Notes: generated by a model from the letters alone, not told the origin. Positions 13,234 to 26,974 are shown, numbered from the whole stretch's first letter. The stretch: DNA of 63,965 nucleotides, filler included, from Thelocarpon superellum (GCA_026025795.1; 5 parts of 5 records of this genome joined end to end with filler, not necessarily neighbours in it), one strand, 5' to 3'. Numbers and translations are program-made.

Positions 13234-13843
13234 CGTGGGTCGTCCTCGCCCACGTGTGGGACCGCCTTGGTGCAGCCGGGGCCGATCCGATTGAGCGATG
13301 CGGCGCGCGCACTACAATGATGTATGTGGCGATCGGCGAAATCTACAAATGGCGACAATAGTCGGAGGCGTGTGGTTCTGGGTGGATGGTGGGTCGCCTT
13401 GACTGTAGTTTCTCTTCACTGTTTGGCCAAGAGGCCGCGCTCGTGCCGGGTGTGACTGTGCAGTGTGGGACGACAATGACCTGACTCTGATTGGTCGGCT
13501 GTCGAATTAAAGACAGCCGACCAATGATCATGGCCCTGCGGACGCATCACATACCAGATCCTGAGCTTGTAAAAACTGGACTTGAGCCTCTATTCAATAC
13601 TATCGTGTTGCTTTGGAGTAACAGAAACGAGATCAGAAGTCACAGGATGCATAATTGGTCGTTGGCACTTATTGACGCCAAACGGCTGGACCGGAACGTC
13701 TGATTCTACGAGAGAAAGGAGCTTGGATCAGCAGTGACCCAGAGTCGCTGCGACGATGATCGTGTGGTCTCCCAATAGCAGTGATCAACCAAGTCGAATG
13801 AGACCTTTTGACTTCAGACCTCATGCTTGCACTGCATGAGCCC

Positions 13844-13943
13844 NNNNNNNNNNNNNNNNNNNNNNNNNNNNNNNNNNNNNNNNNNNNTTAATTAATTAAN
13901 NNNNNNNNNNNNNNNNNNNNNNNNNNNNNNNNNNNNNNNNNNN
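13844..13943. other. Artificial contig spacer (N-run, TTAATTAATTAA, N-run)
   Basis: 100 nt, with a linker giving stops in all six frames. Confidence 0.98.
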
Positions 13944-14100
13944 TGTCGGAAGTTGCCGTGGCTTCTACCGATGACATCCACCCACTGACGTTGGTGCGGA
14001 ACGGGCAGGACGGCATGTGACGTAGTCACGTGCCCATAGGAGCAGCTATAAGTGACTTGTATCTCTAGCTATTTGACGAAAATCACCTTTCACTACGACA
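13944..14100 (+). mobile_element. Possible solo LTR at the contig start
   Basis: Begins TGTCG, ends CGACA (inverted termini); contains GTCACGTG and a TATAA; lower GC than genes. The left flank is lost in the gap, so a TSD cannot be tested. Confidence 0.35.
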
Positions 14101-15092
14101 TTAATGAGAATGTAACGATACCATGTGTAGCTGAGATAGGATGTAGAGATCCACGTGACTTAAGTCACATGCATCCCCTATAAAACCAACTCTAAGCGAC
14201 TCCTTTCCCTAATTTCGTAGTGTCCGTACCGAAGGTGAAGGTCGGAGGTAGGGTTCCCTCTTGGATTCAGCTGAGAACCAATCACAATGGAGGGTGAAAA
14301 TAGTGAATCAAGCTATCTGCAAGACGACCGTTTTCTAGTGTAGGGTTCCGTCTCAGTAAGCACTACTGACTAGTAGAAAAGTTAGGTGATGGATCACGTG
14401 ATCGGCCATATCCTCCTCAACAGTGAAGTCGATTAGTCATCGCACTTGCGAGTTAGCAACGAAATCACTGTATCTCGCCTCCTTCCCTCCATGCCTGAAC
14501 TCCGTCGATACGCCCTCATCCTCCATGACGGCAGCACAGTTGAGATGGGGTGAACAACGATAGAAGATTTCCTCGGCAAGGACGATGCAAACATCGCTCA
14601 GGCATGAGACCTATCGAATTAGGTGCTTTCTCCGGCAGTAGTTCCATAAGCGAACAGCCGGTAGCACCATCGTCACGGTCGTGCCTGCCTGGAAGAACTT
14701 CAGGAGAAGGTGGAAGATGTTGTCGCTGAGGATGTGGCCTCATGGTTCCTCCATCTTGAGACGCAAAGACGACATGGTGGACAATAGGCAAAGCAATCGA
14801 GCAAGGTAATGTACGTTCGACGCCTCGATCAAAGATCAGAGATGATATGTGGGGAGACATCGCGCGTCATTCTTGGCCTGAAAGCTGAGATGATACAACC
14901 CGCGCTGGTGGAGGGGCGTCCCGTGGCCATTTGCTCATCTTGCTCATGTCATCAACGGGCTGGTTGTAAATGTTTACAACGCAATGTCGTTCCCCTGATC
15001 TGTCCTTCTGCACCAACGCGCTGGCTGTGCTATCTATCTCCATTCCACCATCGCGCAGTCGACCAGGTGGCTTGGAGAGACTCACAAGCTCC

Positions 15093-16645
15093 ATGGCGGT
15101 CATGCATCCCCTTGGGCGGTTTTCACTCGTTCCGTGCCCCGGCTCTCCTGAGTCGTGGAGCTCGTATCGTCGTGGGGGAATGCATCCGGTCCATCTGAAC
15201 AACGTCCTGGCGGGTCGTTACCAGATCCTTCGGAAACTGGGATCAGGAGGATCCGCGAATATTTGGCTCGCAATGGATCTTGGGTGAGTCTGATCGCCTC
15301 TTCGGGGGAAAGAAATGTTTTTCCTCTGGATCTGATCACTCTCTCCAGCGCGAGGGACAGAGGCTATGTCGCCGTGAAAGTCGCCATGGCAAGCACCAAC
15401 CACGCAGGCTACGAGCGAGACATGCTCTTCCTCATCGAAAAAATCGACCCCGACGAAGACGGATTCCAACAACTCCCCAAGCTTCTGGATCACTTCAGTG
15501 TCGAGGGGCCGAATGGATCGCACGAATGTTTGGTGCTGGAACCAATGGGTCCGATGCTATCCTTGCTCAAGAGTGTCGACGTGATTGGTACGCCCTGGTG
15601 GCGGGCGGGGGAGCGCAGTCGTTATCTGCTTCCCACCTGGCTCTCCAAAGACATCTCAAGACAGATCCTCCGTGGCCTCAGCTGTCTCCATCGACACGGC
15701 ATCGTGCATGGGGGTATGCGGACCTTTCCATGACGCCATCGTTCGTTTGCTGAGATTGGCTCACCTTGCTTTAGATCTTCACCCCGGGAATATCTTGCTT
15801 GTACCAGACATGAGTCTTGCTGATCCCGCCAAGATTCGGTCACCTCAACACCAGGTCCCCGTCCCGCGCGCGACGCCCAAATGCGATGGTCTCGCACCGG
15901 CTTACGTTCTAACGTGTGCCCCTCTGACCGAGTTGTGTCCACTCCACGCTGGACTCAGTATCAAGCTTTCGGATCTGGGTGGATGTAACTTGCACCAACC
16001 CCCTTGCTCATGAGGCTGGCGTGAAGCTCACAATGTCGCAGCTTTCCAAACCTCTAGATTCCCTAGATTCCCCGCGATCTGCGCGCCGTACTGCCCACCG
16101 GAAGTCACGCTCCGTCGAGAATGGGATCAGAGTGTCGATCTTTGGGGCTTTGGCTGCATCGTGAGTCGGTCCCTGCAAGCACACCAAGACTGCAGATGGT
16201 GACGGGGATATGTCAAGCTGTACGAGCTTGTGACAGGTCGCCAGATTATAAAACACTGGACCTCGGACAGCGCGTTCCGGCTGGCGATGATGGAAGATCT
16301 TCTCGGGAACTACCCCGTGACCTGGCCCGGACGCGAGCGATTCGTGAGGAGTGATGGTACGTCCCACCCATCGATCACGTCGAATCGGCCCCTTTTACAA
16401 GTGCGATCCAACCCGCGACTGACATTGGACTGCCAGGTGAGCGCACCAAGGATGGCGGCCGCGAGCTCGTGCAACGAGGCCTTTCGCTCGAGCACCGGCT
16501 GGATCGGGAACAACCGGACGACATGTCTGACGAGGAGATGCAAGATCTGCTCGTCGTGCTGCGCCACGTCCTCAGCTACGACCACAGGGCGCGGCCGACT
16601 GCGTCCCAGCTTCTGACATATCGCTGGTTCTCGAACTCACTCTAG
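15093..16645 (+). CDS. SRPK-like (CMGC) serine/threonine protein kinase, 6 exons
   Basis: Y..GG.HPVHL…RYQILRKLGSGGSANIWLA, VAVKV, LLDHFSVEGPNGSHECLVLEPMG, IVHGDLHPGNILL, IKLSDLGG, YCPPE, DLWGFGC, RPTASQLL..RWF*. Exons join through GT-AG introns. The start could lie upstream at 14970. Confidence 0.85.
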
Positions 16646-16999
16646 CTGTGACACGCACGGTTGCGGAAGACCCACTAAAGACACTGGTGATAGTAGTCCG
16701 TCTGTCTGTCTAGGTCGACCCACATGCATAGCTAAGGATTGTGGGGTGTGGGGTGTGGGTGTGGGTGTGGAGTGTGTTCATGTCTATCCATACCTCTATC
16801 CAATCCCTTTCTATGTCTATCAATCCGACAATCGTAGGAGCTGGACATGTGCATACAAAAGGGTAGGGCTCGATGCCGCCCGACACCATATAATCGCCAT
16901 CTTATCAATGCACGCGTGCACGCATGCTTCACTATGCCATCCATGCTATCCGTGACATGTCGTGCTTCAGCGCGCCCCATGCAACATCATGCCACGCCA

Positions 17000-17760
17000 T
17001 CTACTACAGCGGCGACAGATTCCCGGGGGTTGGGAGCCAGGCACAGGGCCGCTGGCCATACGGGATGTAGTGTTTGGCATGCTGGGCGGGACTAGCGGCC
17101 ATGGCGAACACATCAATGCCGCCCTCGACCCGGTGCCTGCCGACAGTCCAATGGGTCGCTCTCGACCAACTCGGTCCACTTGCGCAGGCTGAACCAATCC
17201 TCCTTGACCGCTCGATCCATGCGAACACGTGCATGTTCCACGTAGTTGGGCAATGCCGTCTCCACCGGCTGCCAAGTCTCCTGGTCCAGGGCGCCATGGT
17301 CTGGGAGAGTGGGGAAGTAGCAGACCAGGTTGGTCTCCATATGCAAGACCGATGCCATCTTGTGTGAATCGATCGTTCCGCACGAGCGAAGGACATGTTG
17401 CCCGTCACCCTAGATGTCCTCGGTCATGAACATAGCAAGAAGAACGGTTGGGCCATTGACGCGCCTCAAATGTGGCCCAAGGCGGAAGGGAGCATTGTTC
17501 GTGCGCTCCAGGAGCTCGATGACCGGTGGGGTCAGGCGTGCACGGAGCACACCTCGCGGCCGGGATCATCAGGGCCTCTTGCACCGCGCCAGAAGTCGAA
17601 GGTGTTGGGCCGCGGCTGCTCCTCCTCGTGGCCGCCGTGGCCGTGCCAGGCCAGGTCCATGGGTTCATTGCAGAGCTGAACACGTGCGTCGACGTTGAAA
17701 AATGCCACAGGCGGCGGCTTCCGTGCCCCTGCACTAGAGTCGGGCGGCGGCTGCATCATA
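17000..17760 (-). pseudogene. Probable decayed gene of an uncharacterised fungal family
   Basis: Protein-like blocks fall in different frames, separated by stops and frameshifts: FFNVDARVQLCNE..DLAW.G, PPVIELLERT, DGIGLAY, WQPVETALPNYVEH, W.ELVES. The family resemblance is from recall only. Confidence 0.3.
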
Positions 17761-20091
17761 GCTCCAAAGAACGTTGATCCGCTGCGAACAGTCGCTACGG
17801 CCGCGAGTCTCATCGTCGGCGGCGTTGAGTCCTGCAGAGGTCAGGCCCGAGACACGTTTCACAGCGGCGCAGGGACATTTCCTGCCGGGGCAATCGGCAA
17901 CGAATTAATCGAGAAGAGATCCTATGGCGCCATCATGCTGCAGGCTGAAACATTATTGTCGAGGAAGGCAAGGGCATGTGGCACGCAATGAACGCATTGA
18001 TGTTGCGATCAAGACAACCACTCATAGCTGGGTACGCGGCATCCCCTCTTCGTCCACCTACGCGTTGGCACGCCAGCAAAAGTTAATGGGGGGACGCTCT
18101 TTGTTCGGTTCTCACGAGTGCACTGGAGTCTGCCCAGGTGTGTGTTCAAGTTAGCACGGGGCCCCTCCAAGTCACAAGGTCTGCTACTAATGGTAGACCT
18201 GGAGGGCCACGCAGATCGGGGTGCCAGTGTCCGCCGGTGGTGACCGCCTTCGTCTGCCTACGCCTCGGTTCAACTCGCTCCCTGACGCGCGACGGGGAAA
18301 CCTGGAGCAAGCGCCGCTGTGCCGCGGTGCCGCAGGTTTCATCGTGGTGTTTCGACGTCTCGAGAGATAAAAGGCAGCGCCAGAGGGCTCCCTAGCGACC
18401 GCTTCGCGTCGCTCCCGGTCTTGTTCCAGAATGCTTCGGACCAGTTCTGCAGAAGGGTACTAGGAAAACGGGAAACCGGGAAACGGATCTTGCTCCAGCT
18501 CCTGTAGTCGAGCGAGTACTACGAGTACGAGTGTTCAGTTGCCATACCAAACGTAGGTACGTTGACCCGTGGCGCCTACCGGGCCCCGCCTACCGGAGTG
18601 GTACCGGCACATTCCCAGCACGGGCTGGACGACGCGGGGCGCGCGCGGAGGTACGAGCACGGTATCACACTCGTCCTGCTACGTTTCATGGCGCCTGCAG
18701 GAGAGAACCCTCTAGCCGAGCGTCGGTGCGTTTAGGACGAGCGGAGGAAAGGACTGGCTGGCGATAGCGGATAGCGGATAGCGGACGGCGGGCACGATGG
18801 CGCAGACGATGCCAATGGGATGGCGACATGGCGGGGCCGTCGTGCTGCTTGCCAAGCCGGAGGCGTGAGAGGCCGTCGCTTGGTGGCGCCACGACTCGAG
18901 AGCAGATGCGACCGGCATGCATTCGGCCCCCGATGCGCATGCGAGGTCCCTCCAGCTGAATCAGGGGCCCAGGCGAAGCGGACGGCCGCACGACTCAAGT
19001 GAACGTCGACATTTCACAGCACGAGTACCATGTACAAATTTCTCGTCGATGCGGACATGATATCATACTGCTCCTATAGACATGGAAAAGATATATCCTA
19101 CGGCTGGAAGGTTATCCGAATTGTTCTTTGGAGGAATCGGCGTTGAGCTACGCCACGTCAAGTGCGCACGGCAGATCTGCTGGTCACTAGGCTCTTGGTC
19201 GCGACTAGGACAGCTGCTGCTGGGCCTGGCGGAGGATTGATGTGATTCAGGGATCAGGCTCATCCTCACCGGGGGTTTGGCACATCGCTTGTGTCGCGCT
19301 CGGCAACCCTTCGTCGCGGAGGCTTCCAGCTGCTCCGGGCGGCACCGACCCCGGCTTAGGGACCAGCTTCATGAGACATGGGAACGCTGGACTTTATCAA
19401 GAGCCTTCTCTCGCTCCAAGTATTACGTAAGGGAGCTCTCCCGTTCTCTGCAAGAAAGCGACATCTGTGCTGGCAGGTCGCAGCGGTGATCGGACGTCCG
19501 AGACGACCATACGCACGAGCCCATGTACGACGTACCAGTCGCGCTGGTGCTCGGTCGACAGGGACATAGAATCTGGGAAGGAGTGTCGTGGATGGGGGAT
19601 ATGCTTGCCTCCGGTCGCGAGATGGATGACCTTCGATCAACGTTGCGCCGGGAACAGGACTGGTATAGGTGCGCGTGCGCGTGCGCGTGCCTTTGCCTGT
19701 GCGTGGTGATGCCTGCTGTTGTCCCCCTGCGCCTCGTACCAAGCACCAGATATCAGGCTGCACCGCTGTGCCTGAAGGCCAATGCGAAGGTTCGCGAAAA
19801 GGGCTCTGGAATTTGTCCGCCCCCAACCCCTGCAGCCACTAGCCACCGAACGAGCCCTGACACTGGTTCCGTAGGCGAACACGCTGCAGTCCACCCGACG
19901 CTACCGTCCATGGCTGCCACCGCTTACTCCCTCCTGCGGTGCTCGCCCTGGTCGTGGCGACGGGACGCGGACGAAGACCCAGTGCAGCACCTGCAGCAAC
20001 TACTGGTCGCCCCTACGGGTACGCGCACCGCACACAGCGTCGTCCGCCCGCACCTCGCATGGGCCGGCCGCCGCCTTTGGCTGGCACGACT

Positions 20092-20139
20092 GGCCACACG
20101 AGCGGCCACACGAGCGGCCACACGAGCGGCCACACGAGC
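20092..20139. repeat. 12-bp tandem repeat GGCCACACGAGC x4
   Basis: Directly visible. Confidence 0.9.
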
Positions 20140-22055
20140 ATCCATCACTCCCGTTGAGGGATCGAGGCTGGACCGTGGGGTGGTGGCCAAAACCCATCCT
20201 CGCCCTCATGATGGCAGCCGGCGTCCGGCCATGCCTAATCTCTCGTGCTCGTGCCTACCCTCCCGGTTCCTCATGTTATGGGATGGGGGATCCCCCGGAT
20301 GACATGGGCGTGTGGAGATGGGGCTCTCCAGCAGTGGAAGGTTCCGGCGTTTCAGCCGCGACGCGGGGACCCACTCGCCTCCAGCGAGCACGGATGTCCT
20401 CCACCTCGCTCGCCGCCCTCCATCCGCCTGCGTATTCACGGATGTCCGGTCCAGTGTCAAATGACATGGACGCTCTGTCGTGCATGTTCAAGGATCGGGG
20501 GTCGAGCTCGCGGTCGTAGTGCCACGAACCGCTCTCGGTCCGGGCGGTACAGGGGACTGGTACCTCGGACACCGAGTACGAGCGGTCCCAGTACTCGTAC
20601 CTACCGGCGCCGTCGGGCTATCCAATCTTCCGAATGACTGCGTGGGGTCGGCCAGAGGATCGTGCAGATTCTGTCATCGCCTATCGCCTATCATCGTACC
20701 TGCCAGTATGCCCATCTATCCTCCGAGCTACCACGCCCACCTGTCGTGTTGGCAGTGCCAGGCGTTATCATCGTAGATTAGCGCCTCATGATCGAGGTCA
20801 GCCACTGCCTGATTCGTGGCGGGGCATTACGGAAGAGGGCGTGGATCGACAGGGAGCTTCGGGGTCTTGGTCTCAGTAGACGTGCAAGCCGTAGACGTCC
20901 GTCCTGAACATCTTAACATCCTTTACTATTGCGCTTCTTCTGTGCGATCGACTGCGCATCAGAAGGTCCACGCGCCAAAAGGATGCTGCCCCACGACGAA
21001 CTTCATCTGCCCCGCCGCAGCGCCGCTCCAGCAGGCCTCGCAATTCCGAACACAGGCCTGGTGTGCTTTCCTTACTGGTGGCGGTACTCGTGCAGAGGAC
21101 CGTGGCGCTCCACAGCGGTGACGGGCCTGCGTCAGCCAGCCTGAAACGGCGTGGGAGAAGGGCGTCCGAGGGGCGCAGTGCGGTAAGGTGCAGCGCGAGG
21201 ACGCCGACGGGTGATGGAATCCGCAATGTCGGTAGCATGCCCGTCTAGCTGCGACCGCCGGGAGAACTCGAGGACGGACTTCTGACCCTGGTTCTCCCAT
21301 TCCAGCTAGCCGTCCACTTTCCCTCCGCAGAAAGCAGCACCGCTACTACGACTAAACCGTCACCACCCTGGCCCCAAGCCAAGCCAAGCCAATCCAGATC
21401 CATACCGATCGTTGCATGGTTCGTCGTTGGCCGTCTCGCCCGGGGCGCGCCTCGTTGGCCAGCGGTCCGCGGTCGGGCAGGTACCAGAAGTACCGTTGTT
21501 GTTGTGGCCTGGGTACGAGGTAGTTGTACTTGGCCCGTCGGGCTCCAACCCATGCCGACCATTTGCGCCAGGTGCTCAGGTACTCGTCTGCCGTAGTCTT
21601 CTTCACCGCACCCTTCGTACCACGGTCAAGCACCGCTACTGGGCCTCCCGGTCGGCCTCCACCACTTTCGTGAGAAGTACTCCAACCCTCCCGGTCCTGG
21701 AGATCCATCCACGATTCGACCCTCTCCACCATCCCCTCCACTTTCGGTCGGGAGCCGGGCTAGAGAGCTCCTCTCCCCTCCCACTGACCTCTTCCGCCTT
21801 GCCCCCCGCCATCTCGACGGCCGCGCCGCCGACACAGTCACGCTGGCGACCGTGCTTCCTCCCGTACGACCTCCGGCCGGTCGTCTCCCAATATCCTCGA
21901 CCTCCGCCCGTCGACCGCCTCGTCTCGAGTCCACGGTCCCCCATCATCACCCCCTTCACGAACCCTCAATCGACCACATCCCAGACGAGGCATCAGGGCT
22001 GCTGTCGGCCGCGGCGTGCAAGCCACCCGACTCGGGTCCGACGCCTGGGGGCGCG

Positions 22056-25000
22056 ATGGAGTCGCCCGCTGCCCCCGCCGAGTCGCCCGGCGAGCTGGAC
22101 GACGTAGCCCACCCATGCAAGGGCTGCGGCGAGGTACGCATTCCCATTCTTCCCATCGTCCGTCACGTCCGCCCTGCACCGGGCTGACGTCGCGGCAACA
22201 CCAGATCCTCGAGGAAGGAAAGGCATTCGAGCTGGGTAAGTCGGCGCACCTCACGAGCCTCCCCATAGTCCGTCTCATCACCGACCCCCGACTAACACAC
22301 CCCGTCCAGCGGGCAACCGATGGCACATTGACTGCTTCCGATGCAATACTTGTGGCACCCTCCTCGATTCCGATGCCAACTTGCTCCTCCTCGGCGACGG
22401 GTCGCTCATCTGCAATAATTGTACCTACAGCTGCAATGCCTGCGGCAACAAGATCGAGGACCTGGCCATCCTCACCGGCGACCAAGCGTTCTGCGCCAGC
22501 TGCTTCACCTGCCGCAACTGCAAGCGGAAAATTGACAACCTCCGATATGCGCGAACGTCGCAAGGTATCTTCTGCATGACCTGTCACGAAACCCTCATGG
22601 CCCGACGGCGAAAGAAGTCACGCGCCGCCGCCCAGCAGAAAGCCGCGGCCAATGGCCAATCACCCATGCTGCTCGACAAGTCATTGCCGTCGCTGCCGCC
22701 GAGTGCCGTGCCTGAGGCCGTGCTCTCGCCCGAGCAGGAGACCCCGCCATCCGAAACCCACTCCGAGACCCCAACGGAGATGTCCCCACATCCTCGGATG
22801 CCCGAAGCCCACCTCGAGACCCCTAAGATCCGCAAGCGTGATCGATCGCCCCTTCGACATGGCGACAGCAAGCGGGGCATGGGCGGCCCACCCAACGGCC
22901 CGGATGAAGCCGAACCCCGTGCGTCGCCCTCGACGAACCAGCTCAACAGTAGCACCTCGTTCGCATCCCAAGCTGGCAATATCTCCCTGAATGGCGACGA
23001 GCACTCCGACTCTTTCACCATCCCGCTCGTGCTTGACACCGCTCCCGTATTCGGCCCGGCCACGACCGCAGAGAGTCCCATCGTGGCGCCACCGCCCTTA
23101 AAGGAAGACCTAACCGCCCAGCGCGACTACTTTTCGATGCAACGAACGAGCCCGCGGCCGCCGACGGTGGAGCCGCTCTCGCCGGCGAGCTCCACGCGTG
23201 ACGTGGACGGGCGTCACCCTTCCGTCAGTGCCGAAAGCGTCGGCACGGTGTCGCTGGTGTCGGAGCGTGAACGGCAAGGATCGACCGACTCTTCATTGCG
23301 CGGTCTCTCCAACCACATTCTGCCGCGCGTGACCGGCTTCCAAGAGCGAGAACGACAAGGATCAACCGACTCCGCCAGCCGCGCTTTCCTCAATCCGACC
23401 CTCCCCCAAGCCTTGGACGAGGAGCCAACCAACATGACCGAGGAGTCCCAGGTACCATCCATCAGAGACGTGACTCCCGAGCGGCGCGACGAGCCCGCGC
23501 CAAGCCATGTCGACGACTTTCGGTTACAGGAGGCGCCCAAAAGCAAGAAGGCCGTCGCGTCACGAATGCCCCGATCTGAAACACAATCACCCGTGGCCCC
23601 CAACGTGCCCGCGTCCGAGGTGCCCCGCTCCGTGTCGGGGCCCGCCTCGCACGGTGCAAAGCACACCCCGGACAGCCTCGCGCCGACTGCACGGTCCGAG
23701 CTGCAGAAGACCGTCAAATCCGGCCTATCGACCGATTCTCCACGTTTGAGCTTTGAATCACGACGACGGGACGAAGCAGGTCCCCTGCCCACCAGCGCTC
23801 CCTCCGCCTCACCGTCGATAGGCACACAAGTCTTTCAGAAGCCGCAGCGCAAGGATTCGCTCCGCGGTCACCTCCCCCGGCATGCCGTCCCTCGCAAAGA
23901 GATCGGCGCAACGTCGGCCCATCGTGCCTCGTCCATCTCTCCACGAAGCCGCGACTTCCCCGTGGCCCCCACGAGCACGACCTTGAATCAGGGCTCCGTG
24001 CCGGCCTCGACCTCGTCCGAGAGTTCCAAAGTAACGCCCAAGACGTCGGATTCGCCGCCCCCGTATAGCGCCTACCCGCAGCCCCGACCTTCGAATCGGC
24101 TCGCTGCCGCCACCAAAGCTTCGCCGGAGGAGTATTTCACCACCCCACGAGCGCCGCCGCAGCCACCCACGCTGCAGTCGCTCTCCCCTGACCACTCCGT
24201 CAGCACGACGCAGAGCGATCCGTCACGCAATGGCGCCGAGTCGGTGTCGCCCACGACGCCCAACGTCAAGCCCAGTGATGAGCTAATGGGCGAGGAGGAG
24301 ATGGCGCGCATCTTGGACGACAACGATGAGGGATCTGCATCGCTCCTCCGTCGCGTCTCCAGCGCCGTACGTCACGGCCGCAGCTTCAGCGACATGGAGT
24401 CTCGCGCGCGTGGTCCCGGCGGGAAGTGGTCGCGGTCCCCGATCAACGGGCACACGCATGCCGGGTACGGCGGGGATCTCAACAGCCCCACCTCGGGCTC
24501 ACCCGAGGGCAGAGACAAGGAGGGCAGCGTGGCGCTGAAGCAGGAGCTGCGACGCTCGGCCCAGAAGATTGCGGAGCTGGAATCCCGGATCCATGACACG
24601 GCCGACATGAAATCGTTGGAGACAAAGCTGCGCGAAAAGCGATCGACCGTGGCCTTCCTCGACTCGCAGCGCGAGCTGATCGTGCGTGAGCTTGAGGTGC
24701 TGACGGAGAATGTGTCACGTGTCAAGACGAGCCATCAGCCGGTCGACATGGACAAGCTGAAGTCCAAGGTGGTGCGCGACTTCGCCATGTCGCTCGAGCG
24801 GCTGAAAGACACGTATGGACCGGAGCTGGAAGAGCTGATCCGGCAGAAGAACCAGCTGACGGAGGAGAATGCGGCATTGGCGCGGGCGCGTGATCAGGCC
24901 ATCGAAGAGACGGAACAGCTGAACCTGAAGAATGCGCAGCTGGCCGACCTGAACAACGAATTGACGCATCAGATCCAGGAGCGGTACAAGGCCAACCGGG

Positions 25001-26338
25001 ACCCCACTGGTCCGATGGACGGCGCGAGAAACCTGACGAACGGGCTGGGCATCTACTCCAACCAGTACCGAGAACGACTGGACAGCGTGGACTCGCGGGA
25101 GCTGCTGCGGCCGGGCACGGGCTACACCGGCTCCACGAGCAGCAGCATGCAGGGCGTCATGGGCGACTCTGTCGACGCTGAACCCGCCGCCGTGTTATCG
25201 TCGCCGCACGTGGTCAACATCCGTAAAGGGCAGGTCAAGAAGTTCAACTGGAAGAAGGGCGGGCAGCAGGTGGCCAAGGGCGTGTCCAAGGGATTCAAGG
25301 GGGCCTTCTCCTCATCATACCCGCAACAGCCATACGCCAAGGATGGTCAGATGATTGAGGGCATGCCGTACAATGGCATGCCCGCGGGCGAGTCGCCTGG
25401 ATTCGTGCCCAACAACGCCAGTCGCACGCCCGGCGAGCCGCGTCCTGGTGGACTCGGGCTCTTTGGACGAAAGGGTGGCATGCCCGGCAAGATGCCGTCG
25501 AGTGGTAATCTGTCCTACGTCACCGCGGAGGCTCCTGGGGGTGGGTCTCTTGTACATCGTCTCGTGATCGGCACAACTAACCTGAATGCAGCACTTTTCG
25601 GGTCGGAACTGATCGAGCGGGCGGAGTTTGAGCGACGTCCCATTCCCAGCGTCATCACGCATTGTATCGAGGAAGTGGAGCTTCGAGGTAAGGGTGGTGG
25701 TGGTGGTTTTCATGGTAGTCCCTCCACTAACGATCGTAGGCATGGACATTGAAGGCATCTACCGGAAAACGGGCGGGAACAGCCAGGTCAAGGTGATCCA
25801 AGAAGGCTTTGAGCGAAATGACGACTATGATATCTCGGACCCGGGCCTGGACATCACCGCCGTCACCTCGGTGCTGAAGCAATATCTTCGTCGCCTCCCC
25901 ACTCCTCTCCTGACCTACGACGTGTACGACGGCATGCTGGAGTCCAACAGTGCGTCTCCTGGCCCCCCGGCCTTGAGTTCGAACGTCATGCTAATACCTG
26001 CCAGACATTCCTGACGATGAGCAACGCATACATGCTATGCGCAGCGCGATGCAGAAGCTACCCACGAAACATCGGGATTGTCTAGAATTCCTGATCTTCC
26101 ATCTTGCGCGGGTCGCGATGAGGGAGAAGGAGAATCTGGTAGGTGGGATGGCGGACCGGGGCGGGATCACGTCATTGACATGTCCAAACAGATGACTCCG
26201 AAGAATCTGGCCGTGGTCTTTGCCCCGACGATCATGCGAGACAACAGTCTGGAGCGCGAAATGACGGATATGCACGCCAAAAACACGGCCATTCAATTTC
26301 TGATTGAGAATAATAAGTCCATTTTCTTGGGAGCGTGA
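22056..26338 (+). CDS. Rho GTPase-activating protein with N-terminal LIM domains (Rga1/Rga2-like)
   Basis: LIM domains CKGCGE/ILEEGKAFEL/AGNRWHIDCFRCNTC…CNACGNKI…CFTCRNC…CMTCH; Ser/Pro-rich middle; coiled coil; RhoGAP domain LFG…IPSVITHCIEEVELRGMDIEGIYRKTG…LKQYLRRLPTPL…NLMTPKNLAVVFAPTIM. Confidence 0.95.
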
Positions 26339-26974
26339 TGGACGACCACGACGCAGATGGAGCCAGGGAGTTTTGTTTTTGCGTGTGACAGCCAATCATC
26401 AAGACGGAGCGACGTAACGGGTCTCATTTGTTTCTTTCCTCTTCCTTCCATCCAAACGACCGGCTCCACCATTTTCTTCTCTTCTCGCTATCGACTTTTA
26501 TCAGATCCATGGTTCGATGTTGAGTTTCGGCTTTCGTTTTGGATGCCGGATGCCGGATGCTGGATGCTGAATTTTCTTCATTTTCTTCATTTTCCTTCGT
26601 GGCCATTTGCGGAGTTTCGAATCAGTCCAATTCTGTTTCGCTCGGTTCTGGCTGTTTGTGAAGGAGCGAACGAGCGGTCGAACCGCCCTTGCCATTCAAC
26701 AATCAGGATTGGGATATGAAAGTAGGGGTGGGGGATACTAGTGACATTCCGGGATCGGCGACTCGGGTTGGATTTGATTCATTGGAACTGGTGATTACAT
26801 GTCTATGTATTTATGTGTGAGAGGGTCGTTGGATGTGCGCGAGGACGGGACCACGAAAGCAAGAAGGGAGAGAAGGAAAGAAAGAGGAAAGAGAGGAGGG
26901 AAGAGAGAGGGGAGGCTACACGCTTTTCACATCGTCGCTGTGCCCATCCTGCCCTGTGAGCAGGATCGCAGGCG

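Noticed and set aside
14870..14930. TPP riboswitch candidate from GCTGAGA
   Set aside because: No downstream CCTGAT…GGNTAATNCC core and no thiamine-related gene nearby.
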